32,209 nucleotides of DNA from a virus, in the IMG/VR virus record IMGVR_UViG_3300000103_000002, positions 1 through 32,209 of that record; one strand, 5' to 3'. The notes under the pieces are model-generated. The model saw only the letters and a list, made by a program, of their open reading frames with translations, had not been told where the DNA came from and ran no database searches. A program made the translations under genes and the position numbers. Below, piece after piece: positions 17,937-26,844 of the stretch. Within the stretch, counting starts at the first letter, position 1, and the number at the start of each line of letters is the position of its first letter.

Positions 17937-18763
17937 ATAACGATCAAAATTACGATCAGGGTTACGACCATGGTTACGATCAGCCTGTAAATCAGGATTG
18001 GAGATCGAACATATCTCCGGAACTGCAGAACACAGCAAGTAGGTTTAATTCACCGGAGAGTTTGGTTAAAGCGTATAGAGACGCTCAAGGCTTGATCGGC
18101 AAAAAGGTCGGGGAGTATTCTCAGCAGGATTGGCAGTCATACGCGGCGATTCAAGAACAGATTAACAATATTCCTTCATCGTCAGACAGATATAACTTTG
18201 ATCTATCTCCGCTGTCAGAAGACAGTGAAAACACTTTTTCTAACGAAGACATCGCGGCGTTGAAGGAAGTGTCTCATGCTTTGGGATTGAATAGCGATCA
18301 GGCTCAAGGGCTATACAATGTATTAAACGAGGTAAACAATCAGGCAGCAGCCTCTCAAGAAGAAGCGTCTATGGAATACGCGTCCTATAATCTAAGCGAG
18401 TTAGCGAGGGATTGGGGAGAAGCGTACGAGACTAAACTTCAGTCCATAAGCAACTGCGTTGAGAACATATTGCCTCAGATTACAGGTGTCAGCGCAGAAC
18501 GTATAAAAGAAGAGATATCTCAAAGCGGAATGCAATACAGCTCATTGCTTATGAATATGTTTGCCGCGATAGGAGAGTTAGGCTCTGAAGGGCGTTCTTC
18601 AGGATACAATAATATAGCTCCTATGGACGCCAATATGAGGTTGGAACATTTAAAGTCCGATCCTAACTTCGCAAATATCATGGCCAATAGATGGGATCCC
18701 AGACATAATCAGGTGAAAGAAGAATACAGATCTTTGTTAGCAATTAAAAACGGTGAAATGTAG
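17924..18763 (+). CDS. Putative scaffolding protein
   Basis: 279 aa, acidic and helical, with a low-complexity N-terminus (NDQNYDQGYDHGYDQ). GAGGAG RBS. It lies between portal and capsid, as T7 gp9 does. Confidence 0.6.
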   Translation: MDTVNNDQNYDQGYDHGYDQPVNQDWRSNISPELQNTASRFNSPESLVKAYRDAQGLIGKKVGEYSQQDWQSYAAIQEQINNIPSSSDRYNFDLSPLSEDSENTFSNEDIAALKEVSHALGLNSDQAQGLYNVLNEVNNQAAASQEEASMEYASYNLSELARDWGEAYETKLQSISNCVENILPQITGVSAERIKEEISQSGMQYSSLLMNMFAAIGELGSEGRSSGYNNIAPMDANMRLEHLKSDPNFANIMANRWDPRHNQVKEEYRSLLAIKNGEM

Positions 18764-18979
18764 ATGACAACAGAACCCATAAAAATGGACAAAACAAATT
18801 CTACATCTCAATGTGGTCAAGGAAAAATTCAAAATACATTGGTAGAATTAAACGAGCTCGGCTTAACAAGAGAGCAGGCATTAAGGCTTGATATATTCAA
18901 ATATATTATGAATCATACAAAAAGTACGACTACTTCCTTTTCAATCACTAATGATATCATTAGGTGGCTGAAAGAGTAG
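18764..18979 (+). CDS. Hypothetical protein
   Basis: 71 aa. Its ATG abuts the scaffold stop (TAGATG). Confidence 0.5.
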   Translation: MTTEPIKMDKTNSTSQCGQGKIQNTLVELNELGLTREQALRLDIFKYIMNHTKSTTTSFSITNDIIRWLKE

Positions 18980-18990
18980 TTAAAAAATAC

Positions 18991-19019
18991 TTGTAACTAT
19001 TTGTTATTTATGTTATATT
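18991..19019 (+). promoter_or_regulatory. Candidate promoter TTGTAA-17-TATATT with TG extension
   Basis: TTGTAA at 18991-18996 and TGTTATATT at 19011-19019. It overlaps the 14-mer taactatttgttat (18994-19007), which also occurs at 2369-2382. Confidence 0.35.
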
Positions 19020-19030
19020 TCTAATTAAGT

Positions 19031-19103
19031 TTTCATATAGAGAGAATTTATTGAGTTTTCTTTGTTGTTTGGCATAGTAATACTTAATGAACTCTATATG
19101 AAA
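19031..19103. repeat. 12-bp perfect inverted repeat (tttcatatagag / ctctatatgaaa) with a 49-nt loop
   Basis: 19031-19042 is the exact reverse complement of 19092-19103. It lies in the 413-nt gap upstream of the capsid gene. Confidence 0.8.
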
Positions 19104-19392
19104 GCCTATCGGTGTATTTTCGATAACACGTTTGTGTGAATGAGATAATACTATCAGAATAGTTGCCGAATATTTTTGGTAAGGGACAACCTGTTTATCA
19201 GCCCCCGCATGCTTCAACTGATGTACCTTTCGAAGATAGATAACGATCAAAAGATATGTGAGTATCACAAAATTTGATTAAGGTTTGTAATTTTGATGAT
19301 TACAGGCTCTGTTGTCTGTTATTTGATTAGTATTAAATTTTCAATATCAGATCAGGTCTAAATCATCCAATTACATAAAATTGGAGAAAGAA

Positions 19393-20346
19393 ATGATTGG
19401 AGAAGTAAGTAAGTCCTTTTTAGAGGAATTTGATTTTATGTTTCATCAGATGTTAGCCCAAAGAGGCTCGCAATTGATGAACGTAGTACAGCAGGAGCAG
19501 GTAGTAGGCGCGGTAAAGTATCTGCGTCAGGTGCAGGTGGGAGACGCGAGATTTGTAGAAGATCACGGGGCTCCTACACAATATACAAATATTAACTATG
19601 ATCGCAGGAAGCTAGAGCCGAAGGCGTTTGAATGCCCTCTCATGCTGAACGTATACGATTCTGTTATGCAGGGCATGCCGGATCCAGGTCAGCTAGCGCA
19701 GGAAGCTGCTGATAGATGCGGTGTGTTAATCGATCAGATTGTTATCGGCGGAATAGGCGGCAAAGCGTCTACAGCGGCGAGCGGAGACGTTGTATTACCT
19801 AGCACTCAGGTTGTTAAATGGAACGAAAACACACTTTCGCAAAATAACGCTGGTGACACTGCGCCTGCAGACGGCACTGGGCAATCCACAGCTACTTGGA
19901 GAGGATTAAACGTATCTAAGGTATCGCAGGCTGTTCAGATGCTGAGAAGTAAGTTTAACAACGCGCCGATTATTTTGGTTGCTGATAACTACTCTATGTC
20001 TACGTTTAGAGCCGATCCTAGAGCTGCTAATCTGCAGTTCAACGTAAACGGACCTGCGCAATCGATAGGGCAGAACGGTCCTTTCGCCGGAGTGGATATG
20101 TTTGTTCCTTCTGAGCAGGTGGACAGCGGACTTTCTATAGCGGCAGGAAACGCTCCTGTTACATACGCGTATGTATATGCTTTAGATCAAATCAGACTCG
20201 GCAGTTCTATGCCGTTAACGCTGGACGTCGGAAAAAACGCAGAAAGAGGCTTGAACGACGTGTTTATCTACAGAGGTATGTACGACTGCGTGCGTATGCA
20301 GGAAGAAGCTGTCGTTCGCATCGAAATTAACAAGAGCTTAGCATAG
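19393..20346 (+). CDS. Major capsid protein (putative)
   Basis: I prefer the ATG at 19393 (GGAG RBS at 19383-19386) over the TTG at 19381. About 317 aa, downstream of portal and scaffold and upstream of adaptor and nozzle. The family was not identified by motif. Confidence 0.7.
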   Translation: MIGEVSKSFLEEFDFMFHQMLAQRGSQLMNVVQQEQVVGAVKYLRQVQVGDARFVEDHGAPTQYTNINYDRRKLEPKAFECPLMLNVYDSVMQGMPDPGQLAQEAADRCGVLIDQIVIGGIGGKASTAASGDVVLPSTQVVKWNENTLSQNNAGDTAPADGTGQSTATWRGLNVSKVSQAVQMLRSKFNNAPIILVADNYSMSTFRADPRAANLQFNVNGPAQSIGQNGPFAGVDMFVPSEQVDSGLSIAAGNAPVTYAYVYALDQIRLGSSMPLTLDVGKNAERGLNDVFIYRGMYDCVRMQEEAVVRIEINKSLA

Positions 20347-20357
20347 GAGGAAAATAA

Positions 20358-20990
20358 ATGCCTATTCAGAATTCAAATATATCTTTAGCGTTCGGTCAAA
20401 AAAAACGCACAAGAACACAAAACTACCGAGGATCGGTAATTGCGACCACGATAAACCTTACGGCGGCTCAAGGAGCTGTTAACGCAGACGGTATAGCGTT
20501 AATGCCTATACCTTATACAGCTTCTGTGAAGTCGATAAAGATCGGAGCCGGCGCAGCTCTGGGAAACGCCGACATAACGTTAGGTGTATGGGGAATTAAC
20601 CGAGATTACTCTCCTAACATGGACGGAACATTTCCAGCCTCAGCATTTAAAGTATTTGACAGAACGGCTGACGAAGGCGGAGCAAGCGCCACTTTCGGCA
20701 ATACAATATTGAGGCCGGCAGGGGCGATCGTGGGAGCGAACGCTAACGGCAATTGGGTCGAATTGTTATCACCGATTAAAACTTCGGATACCATAGCCAA
20801 TATGCTGTGCTGGACTAACGCCGGCGGCTACACAGTTCCGCTTCAATCGTTTAGCGATTACAAGGAAGATCGCTACGGCATGCTGGGAATGCAGGTCGCT
20901 GCCGCCGCTCTCGGCCAGGCGGCGTATGTCGAAGTGACATACGTTGATGGATCACCGTCTACATCTCCAGTTATTGGAAAAACAGTTTAG
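20358..20990 (+). CDS. Putative capsid-associated (decoration-like) structural protein
   Basis: 210 aa, beta-rich and G/A/T-rich. GGAGG RBS. Located directly after the capsid gene. The function is positional inference only. Confidence 0.45.
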   Translation: MPIQNSNISLAFGQKKRTRTQNYRGSVIATTINLTAAQGAVNADGIALMPIPYTASVKSIKIGAGAALGNADITLGVWGINRDYSPNMDGTFPASAFKVFDRTADEGGASATFGNTILRPAGAIVGANANGNWVELLSPIKTSDTIANMLCWTNAGGYTVPLQSFSDYKEDRYGMLGMQVAAAALGQAAYVEVTYVDGSPSTSPVIGKTV

Positions 20991-21006
20991 CTGCGAGCAC
21001 TAAATA

Positions 21007-21660
21007 ATGAAGATATCGAACTCTGTAGAAGTATGTAATCTTGCCTTATTACGAATTAATCAGAGCCCGATATCTTCATTGACCGACGATTCATTACAGG
21101 CGAACAGATGCAATATGACTTACGAGCAGGCGAAAACTCGGCTGCTTGAAGAGTACAACTGGACGTTCGCTATACGCCGTGCGGAACTCGTTAAAGCTGT
21201 AGATAATTCCAGATTACCTAACGAAACAGACGCTCAATATAACTTAAGAAGAGATCCGCTTTTATTTGAGTACACTCGCAAGTTCGTTTTACCGGATAAA
21301 TTTTTAAGGATTGTTGCTGTTTACGACGGCTCTAACAGAATTATACATGCTAATATGGGAACAAGACCTGCGTATGTGCGAGAAGGAATGTTCCTGCTTA
21401 CCGATCTCTCGGCTTGCAAGATGTCTTACATTGCGGATGTAGATGTAGTATCTACCTTCTCCATGAAATTTATAGATTGCCTTGTATTGGATTTAGCTAT
21501 AAGACTTACGAAGTTTTTCAACGACAGCTCCGCGTATTTACAACAGCTGCAGGCGGAATTCGAGGCTCAAATAGCCAGCGCAAAAATATCCGATTGTCAG
21601 CAGACGATGATGTATTCCTTGAGGTCTAATCCGTTATTAATGGATTCATGGAGTTTTTAA
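21007..21660 (+). CDS. Tail tubular protein A / adaptor (T7 gp11-like)
   Basis: 217 aa. The N-terminus (VCNLALLRINQSPISSLTDDS...ANRC...EEYNWTFA) parallels T7 gp11 (VNDILASIGEPPVSTLEGD...ANAR...QSRGWTFN). It directly precedes the nozzle gene. Confidence 0.65.
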   Translation: MKISNSVEVCNLALLRINQSPISSLTDDSLQANRCNMTYEQAKTRLLEEYNWTFAIRRAELVKAVDNSRLPNETDAQYNLRRDPLLFEYTRKFVLPDKFLRIVAVYDGSNRIIHANMGTRPAYVREGMFLLTDLSACKMSYIADVDVVSTFSMKFIDCLVLDLAIRLTKFFNDSSAYLQQLQAEFEAQIASAKISDCQQTMMYSLRSNPLLMDSWSF

Positions 21661-24600
21661 ATGGCTCGTATGCGATATAGCCACAATACGTTCAATACCG
21701 GAATAATAAGCAAGAAGGTACAGGGCAACACCAGCTTCGAGGGATATAACAACGCTCTTGATGAATGCGTTAATTTTCAAGTACAGCATACAGGCGGGTT
21801 ATTTAAACGCGGTGGAAGTTATTTTATCGCGGAGACGAGGAACAGCAACGCTGCGAAACTAGTTTCTTTTGCATATTCCGCTGATCAATCATATATATGC
21901 GAGTTTGGAGAACTGCCTGTAGCGGAGCAGACACCCACTGATTTTGGATATATCAGGTTCTACACTAAATACGGGGCTATCAAGAGGTATAACTCAGACG
22001 ATATATTGGAACTTCGTACGCCGTTTACGCTGACTATTGTAAACAGTATGAAGCATTACCAACAAGGTAATACAATGTATTTCGTTACGTCGAAAGGTAC
22101 ATATTATCTTGAGAGAAATTCTGCTGCCGGCGTGGCAGGAGAAGAGACCTTCAGTTTTTTCCCGACTCCAATTGAATATACATTGCAGCCTCTTACTTTT
22201 ATAAACAACGATCCAATCGCTTTAAAGCCGAGCGCAGTCGGAACAGGCGGCGCTGCCATAACCATAACCGCTATAAATCCCGTCGATCCCGCTTCTAAGC
22301 CGGACGCTAAATACGCTCCGCTCTTTTTTAATTCGGATATCAACAATTATTTAGTACTTACTTATATTGGTAACACGCCAGATGATTTTATTCACTATTA
22401 TCTAAAGATAACTAGTGTTACAGACGATACCGGCGGATTTAAACAATTGGCATGTACCATAGATGCAAAATGGAGTCCGATAAACGATCAAGGAGCCAGT
22501 GTGCTCCCAAATATTGATCCCGTTACTAACTGGAGAATATCCGCGTTTTCTGCAAACAGGGGATTCCCTTCCGCTGTCGCGATATATGAAGGCAGGCAGT
22601 TTCTAGCTAATAACAAACCTTCTTATCCGTTAGGCGTCTGGGGATCGTCTACTTTCTTCGATGATTTTTTCAATTTTTTAGTTGGAAGTAATGCTGGAGA
22701 CGCAGTACAGGTAAAGGCAAGTACTGATTCTGCCGATGAAATATTATGGATGACGGCACAATCTAAATTATTCATTGGAACAAGAGGTGGGATATATATA
22801 GCTGGATCCGCTACCTATAACGATGAAGCCATTACTCCTGAAAATTTTAGAATGCGATTGTTTGAGTCTACAGGAGCGTCTAACCTGCAGCCTCTTACGG
22901 TTATGGACGCCGTTTTCTTTGTCGATACTGCCGGTAAAAACGTTCACGAAATAGTTCTTGCCGAAACAGGAGCGTTTCAAGCTCACGACCTATCTCTATT
23001 GGCTAACGACCTGACTCAATCGGGAATTATAGATCATACATGGCAGCAGACTCCAGTAAAAACATATTGGTGTGCTACTAACGAAGGCCATTTGTGCGCT
23101 CTTACTTACTTGAAGAATAACAATATTATCGCATGGACTAAGCATATAATCGCAGGAAAAAGCGCCAGAATATTAAGCCTTGCCGCTATACATGAAGATC
23201 GTAACGATATCGTTTGGATGGTTGTGCAGAGAGATATCAACGGTACTATTAAAAGATTTATAGAGTATATTCATCCGATGTACGATCCTTTGGGGCAGGA
23301 AGAATTTAAGCAGTTTTACGTAGACAGCGGTATTATTAAAGAGCAGAAGCATACTATACAAAACATAACAAAATCTGAAAACACTCGTATAATATGCGAT
23401 ATGACCCCCATAAGAAAAACATCTGGATATAAACACGAATATCTGCTCTGCTTCCATATAAATTTACCTGGTGGAGCAGACAGTTTATTAGGAAGAGTCG
23501 ATATCTTCTCAGCCAGGAATATTACTAATGACGGCGCTGATATACATCACGATACACGTTTTATTAACGCGGATATCACTTCTAAAAAAATAGATCCACT
23601 TGATTATGACGGATACGTGTTCGATGTAAATAATAATATCGGTATGTATTATATGGTCTCTAATATAACTTCCTTTATAGATTCGCAAACTCATTTTCGT
23701 AGAGAAACTTTCATAGGATGCGATAATTCTGAATTAACAAACAATGACACAATATTGATACAAAACAGCGGAATTCAATTAGCAGGCGGAGGATATGTGG
23801 ATTACACATATGATCGGCAGATCTTCAGGGTTGAAAAAACAGCGGGCGGGCTTTATTTAAAAAACCTAGATAGTAGCCACGTAGCAACTCTTCCAGGAAC
23901 TTTAAATCCAAGAGCGGAACTATTTAAAAGAGTTAATCAAGTCACCGCCTGCAATCTTGGCACAAACACCCTTATCGAATTAAAAAAAGCTATACCCGAC
24001 AACCTCTTATCAAAAATAATCGGCAACTTAAATTCCTTGGCTTATAACGGTAATAACATTGTTGCCGTCAGCAGCGCGGGAGTCGCATATATAGGCTCTG
24101 ACAACGGCACAAATTGGATCCAATCTACAACAACAGGCATGGGTAACCTCACCGCTATAGCGTACGGCAACGGGTATTTCGTCGCCGTAAATAATAATCC
24201 AACAGGAAGAGCTTGGCGCAGCAATGATAACGGTCAAACTTGGACCCAATCTGCAACAGCTAGCTTGGGCATACTCACCGCTATAGCGTACGGCGGCGGA
24301 TATTTTGTCGCCGTTGACAGTAGAGGAGTTGCTACATATAGCAATAATAACGGTCAAAATTGGATCCAATCTACAACAACAGGCATGGGTACTCTCACCG
24401 GAATTGCTTTCGGTGTATCATATTTTATGGCGGTCAGCAGTGAAGGCCGCGTGTGGATGAGCAATAATAACGGTCAGACTTGGACTGTTTCCACAACAAC
24501 AGGCATGGGTAACCTCACCGCTATAGCGTACGGCGGAAGCTTTTTTGTTGCCGTCAACAGCATAGGAGAAGCATGGCGCTGCCCTTACAGCTCTGATAGT

Positions 24601-25578
24601 TGGACGCGGTCTCCTACAGCGATAAATATGGGTAATCTATCAGCTATAGCTTTTATAAGCGGCAGTACCTTCATCGCTGTTAATAGAGATGGAAAAGTAT
24701 GGAAAACAACAGATGCAGGTCAGACTTGGACTCATTTATTTACAACAACCGGAATAGGTAATTTATCAGCGGTAACACGCGGACGAGATGTTTTTGTAAC
24801 AACCGGAAAAAACGGAGCAGTATGGCAGGGATATGAAGACGGATCCGGACTTAAAAAAATAATGCAAATCAACGACGTGTATATCAATAAAGTAGTCGGA
24901 ATGACAGAAATTAACCAATTAAGATATCTCATCAGATGGATATCTAACGATAGAAAACAATTGATTTTATACGACTATAAAAAATCCCCCGCTATCCCTC
25001 AAAATAATCTCGCGGTAATCGATAGCTCGGAATACTCTCTATACGACACTCTCGTAGAAAATAACGGCAACTGCTATCTATATTTCGATACAGTAGAGGG
25101 ACTGGATCATTTAAACGGCCTTAAAGTATCTGTCTGCGCAGATGGAAACAACGCTCAGCCGAAAACAGTCGCACCTCTCGGTAATAATAAATTTGGATTC
25201 AAATTAGATAATCCAGCTATGTATTGCTGTGCTGGATTAGAAGAAAAAGCTTACTTTAAAACTGTGCCATTCTCCGGTGGAAGCGTCTTGGGAAGCTCAG
25301 ATGGAGTCGTCGGTAATCAAAAAGATATAGCGGTTTATTTCTATCACTCTCTCGGAGGAAGATACGGCGCGGAAACCAGAGAAACATACGCTGTGCCTAA
25401 TCAAAAAAAGAAAGCCTCTCTCTTCGACGCTCCGCAAAACCTCTTCACTGGACTCATAAAAATCCCTATGCCTAACGCTCAAGATATTTACAGCAGAACA
25501 ATATATTTCGAACATTCAGAGCCGCTCTCATGTAACATATTATCTATTGCCCATGATATACAGGTGACAGATGCTTAA
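21661..25578 (+). CDS. Tail tubular protein B / nozzle (T7 gp12-like) with inserted 7-blade Asp-box propeller
   Basis: 1305 aa. The N-terminus (FNTGIISKKVQGNTSFEGYNNALDECVNFQVQHTGGLFKRGG) follows the T7 gp12 pattern (LKGGISQQP...RQVNGW....GLQKRP). Residues ~791-1063 hold seven repeats of GNLTAIAYGxGYFVAV....SNDNGQTW. Confidence 0.7.
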   Translation: MARMRYSHNTFNTGIISKKVQGNTSFEGYNNALDECVNFQVQHTGGLFKRGGSYFIAETRNSNAAKLVSFAYSADQSYICEFGELPVAEQTPTDFGYIRFYTKYGAIKRYNSDDILELRTPFTLTIVNSMKHYQQGNTMYFVTSKGTYYLERNSAAGVAGEETFSFFPTPIEYTLQPLTFINNDPIALKPSAVGTGGAAITITAINPVDPASKPDAKYAPLFFNSDINNYLVLTYIGNTPDDFIHYYLKITSVTDDTGGFKQLACTIDAKWSPINDQGASVLPNIDPVTNWRISAFSANRGFPSAVAIYEGRQFLANNKPSYPLGVWGSSTFFDDFFNFLVGSNAGDAVQVKASTDSADEILWMTAQSKLFIGTRGGIYIAGSATYNDEAITPENFRMRLFESTGASNLQPLTVMDAVFFVDTAGKNVHEIVLAETGAFQAHDLSLLANDLTQSGIIDHTWQQTPVKTYWCATNEGHLCALTYLKNNNIIAWTKHIIAGKSARILSLAAIHEDRNDIVWMVVQRDINGTIKRFIEYIHPMYDPLGQEEFKQFYVDSGIIKEQKHTIQNITKSENTRIICDMTPIRKTSGYKHEYLLCFHINLPGGADSLLGRVDIFSARNITNDGADIHHDTRFINADITSKKIDPLDYDGYVFDVNNNIGMYYMVSNITSFIDSQTHFRRETFIGCDNSELTNNDTILIQNSGIQLAGGGYVDYTYDRQIFRVEKTAGGLYLKNLDSSHVATLPGTLNPRAELFKRVNQVTACNLGTNTLIELKKAIPDNLLSKIIGNLNSLAYNGNNIVAVSSAGVAYIGSDNGTNWIQSTTTGMGNLTAIAYGNGYFVAVNNNPTGRAWRSNDNGQTWTQSATASLGILTAIAYGGGYFVAVDSRGVATYSNNNGQNWIQSTTTGMGTLTGIAFGVSYFMAVSSEGRVWMSNNNGQTWTVSTTTGMGNLTAIAYGGSFFVAVNSIGEAWRCPYSSDSWTRSPTAINMGNLSAIAFISGSTFIAVNRDGKVWKTTDAGQTWTHLFTTTGIGNLSAVTRGRDVFVTTGKNGAVWQGYEDGSGLKKIMQINDVYINKVVGMTEINQLRYLIRWISNDRKQLILYDYKKSPAIPQNNLAVIDSSEYSLYDTLVENNGNCYLYFDTVEGLDHLNGLKVSVCADGNNAQPKTVAPLGNNKFGFKLDNPAMYCCAGLEEKAYFKTVPFSGGSVLGSSDGVVGNQKDIAVYFYHSLGGRYGAETRETYAVPNQKKKASLFDAPQNLFTGLIKIPMPNAQDIYSRTIYFEHSEPLSCNILSIAHDIQVTDA
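24031..24850 (+). repeat. Seven ~41-aa Asp-box (SxDxGxTW) blades inside the nozzle gene
   Basis: Asp-box variants present: SDNGTNW, SNDNGQTW, SNNNGQNW, SNNNGQTW, SSDSW, TTDAGQTW and YEDGSG. There is a 42-nt perfect nucleotide repeat (acaacaacaggcatgggtaacctcaccgctatagcgtacggc) near 24127 and 24493. Confidence 0.85.
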
Positions 25579-25601
25579 TAATTATAAAACGGCGAAGAAT
25601 A

Positions 25602-26105
25602 ATGAGGTATAATATAGAAGACGCGTACTTTGATAGAGCTTTTGATGAACTAATAACAATCGAGGGCGGATATGTAAATGATCCGGACGATCTCGGCGGT
25701 GAAACCAAATACGGAATATCTAAACAAAACTACCCGAATTTAGATATAAAAAATCTAACGCTGGATCAAGCAAAAGAAATCTATTACAACGACTTCTGGA
25801 CGAAAAATAAATGTAATGTCGTCTGTCATTACGGCCTGGCGGAAAAATTGTTCAGTATTTCGGTAAATATGGGATGTCAGCAGGCGGGAATATTAATACA
25901 AAGAGCGCTGAAAACCCTCGGAAAAAATTTGAAAGAAGACGGAGTTGTCGGATTGCTTACAATAAACGCTATTCTAAAAGCAGATCACGCTATGCTTCTA
26001 TCTGCTCTAAAATCAGAGGCCGCTGGGTATTATAGATTGCTGGCAAATGCCAATCCTTCTCAAAATAAATTCCTAAATGGGTGGTTAAATAGAGCTTATG
26101 CGTAA
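25602..26105 (+). CDS. Endolysin, GH108 N-acetylmuramidase with C-terminal peptidoglycan-binding domain
   Basis: GH108 signature EGGYVNDPDDLGGETKYGISK, and a C-terminal ...YYRLLANANPSQNKFLNGWLNRA typical of PG_binding_3. Confidence 0.9.
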   Translation: MRYNIEDAYFDRAFDELITIEGGYVNDPDDLGGETKYGISKQNYPNLDIKNLTLDQAKEIYYNDFWTKNKCNVVCHYGLAEKLFSISVNMGCQQAGILIQRALKTLGKNLKEDGVVGLLTINAILKADHAMLLSALKSEAAGYYRLLANANPSQNKFLNGWLNRAYA

Positions 26106-26160
26106 AGAATACATCATCGAAAATATAGTGCTGTTAACAAAAAAAAGGGAGAAAAATAAA

Positions 26161-26232
26161 ATGATCATAATCGGAATAATAGCCGCGCTCGCTATTGCCG
26201 TCGTCGCTCTAAAAGCTATGGGAGTATGGTAA
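26161..26232 (+). CDS. 23-aa single-TMD peptide (below the ORF-track cutoff)
   Basis: MIIIGIIAALAIAVVALKAMGVW, with an AGGGAG RBS at about 26147-26152. It lies between the endolysin and the holin-like ORF. Confidence 0.35.
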   Translation: MIIIGIIAALAIAVVALKAMGVW

Positions 26233-26233
26233 A

Positions 26234-26401
26234 ATGCAAATGACCAATATAATAGATATAATAACAAGTGATAAGTTCAAGGGAATTGTGGCGTTAATTG
26301 CCGCCGTTGTAATGTACTTCACTCCCGATCATATAGATAAAATTATCGAAACTCTATTGGTTGCTTTCGGGATATCAGTCCTTATCATACAAAAAAAATA
26401 A
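26234..26401 (+). CDS. Holin-like two-TMD small membrane protein (below the ORF-track cutoff)
   Basis: 55 aa: MQMTNIIDIITSDKFKGIVALIAAVVMYFTPDHIDKIIETLLVAFGISVLIIQKK. Two hydrophobic segments and a charged C-terminus. Adjacent to the endolysin. Confidence 0.5.
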   Translation: MQMTNIIDIITSDKFKGIVALIAAVVMYFTPDHIDKIIETLLVAFGISVLIIQKK

Positions 26402-26421
26402 GTTACACGGCCGTAAATTAA

Positions 26422-26826
26422 ATGATCTTAAATAACATATTCAGCAATATCCATTACTTAAAAAACGCCAAGGGAGAAGACGCTATAGCTAACGAAACCG
26501 CTATAAACCTCCGTAACCTGTCCCTGGACGGGAAACTTAACTGCATCTGGTTCCATGTGCCAAATGAATACGTCGTCAAAAATAACTTGGATAGAGCCAG
26601 AATCAGAAAACGTCAGTGCATCGGAATGATCTCCGGTGCGCCTGACTTCGTCTTCATAAACAATTGCGGAGCGTTGTTGGTAGAGCTAAAAACTGAAAAA
26701 GGAGTTCTTTCTGATAACCAGAAGCTATTCAAATCATGGGCAGACTCTAACTCCACTCCTTACATCGTAGCAAAATCTTGGAACGACGTCAAAAACTTGC
26801 TGCTAAAATATAAATTTGTTGTGTAA
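26422..26826 (+). CDS. VRR-NUC domain nuclease
   Basis: PD-(D/E)xK-type motif GAPDFVFINNCGALLVELKTEKGVLSDNQKLF, matching the VRR-NUC pattern G.PD......ExK...G.LS..Q. Confidence 0.8.
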   Translation: MILNNIFSNIHYLKNAKGEDAIANETAINLRNLSLDGKLNCIWFHVPNEYVVKNNLDRARIRKRQCIGMISGAPDFVFINNCGALLVELKTEKGVLSDNQKLFKSWADSNSTPYIVAKSWNDVKNLLLKYKFVV

Positions 26827-26844
26827 TAAAAGGAGAAAAATAAT

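Noticed and set aside
19008-19268. 86-aa minus-strand ORF in the gap upstream of the capsid gene
   Set aside because: It has no RBS, a composition typical of random AT-rich translation (I/L/Y/K-rich), and runs antisense within a unidirectional late operon. I treat the region as non-coding, but this remains unverified.
18980-19392. tRNA or tmRNA genes in this and the other intergenic gaps (27727-27803, 28278-28451, 29051-29191, 30515-30849, 31938-32140)
   Set aside because: By eye I found no cloverleaf with a GTTCRA-type T-loop and matching acceptor stem. A tRNAscan-SE or ARAGORN run would be needed to be certain.
21414-21629. 71-aa alternative-frame ORF inside the gp11-like gene
   Set aside because: It is entirely nested in a longer ORF with family-level similarity. 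There is no RBS.
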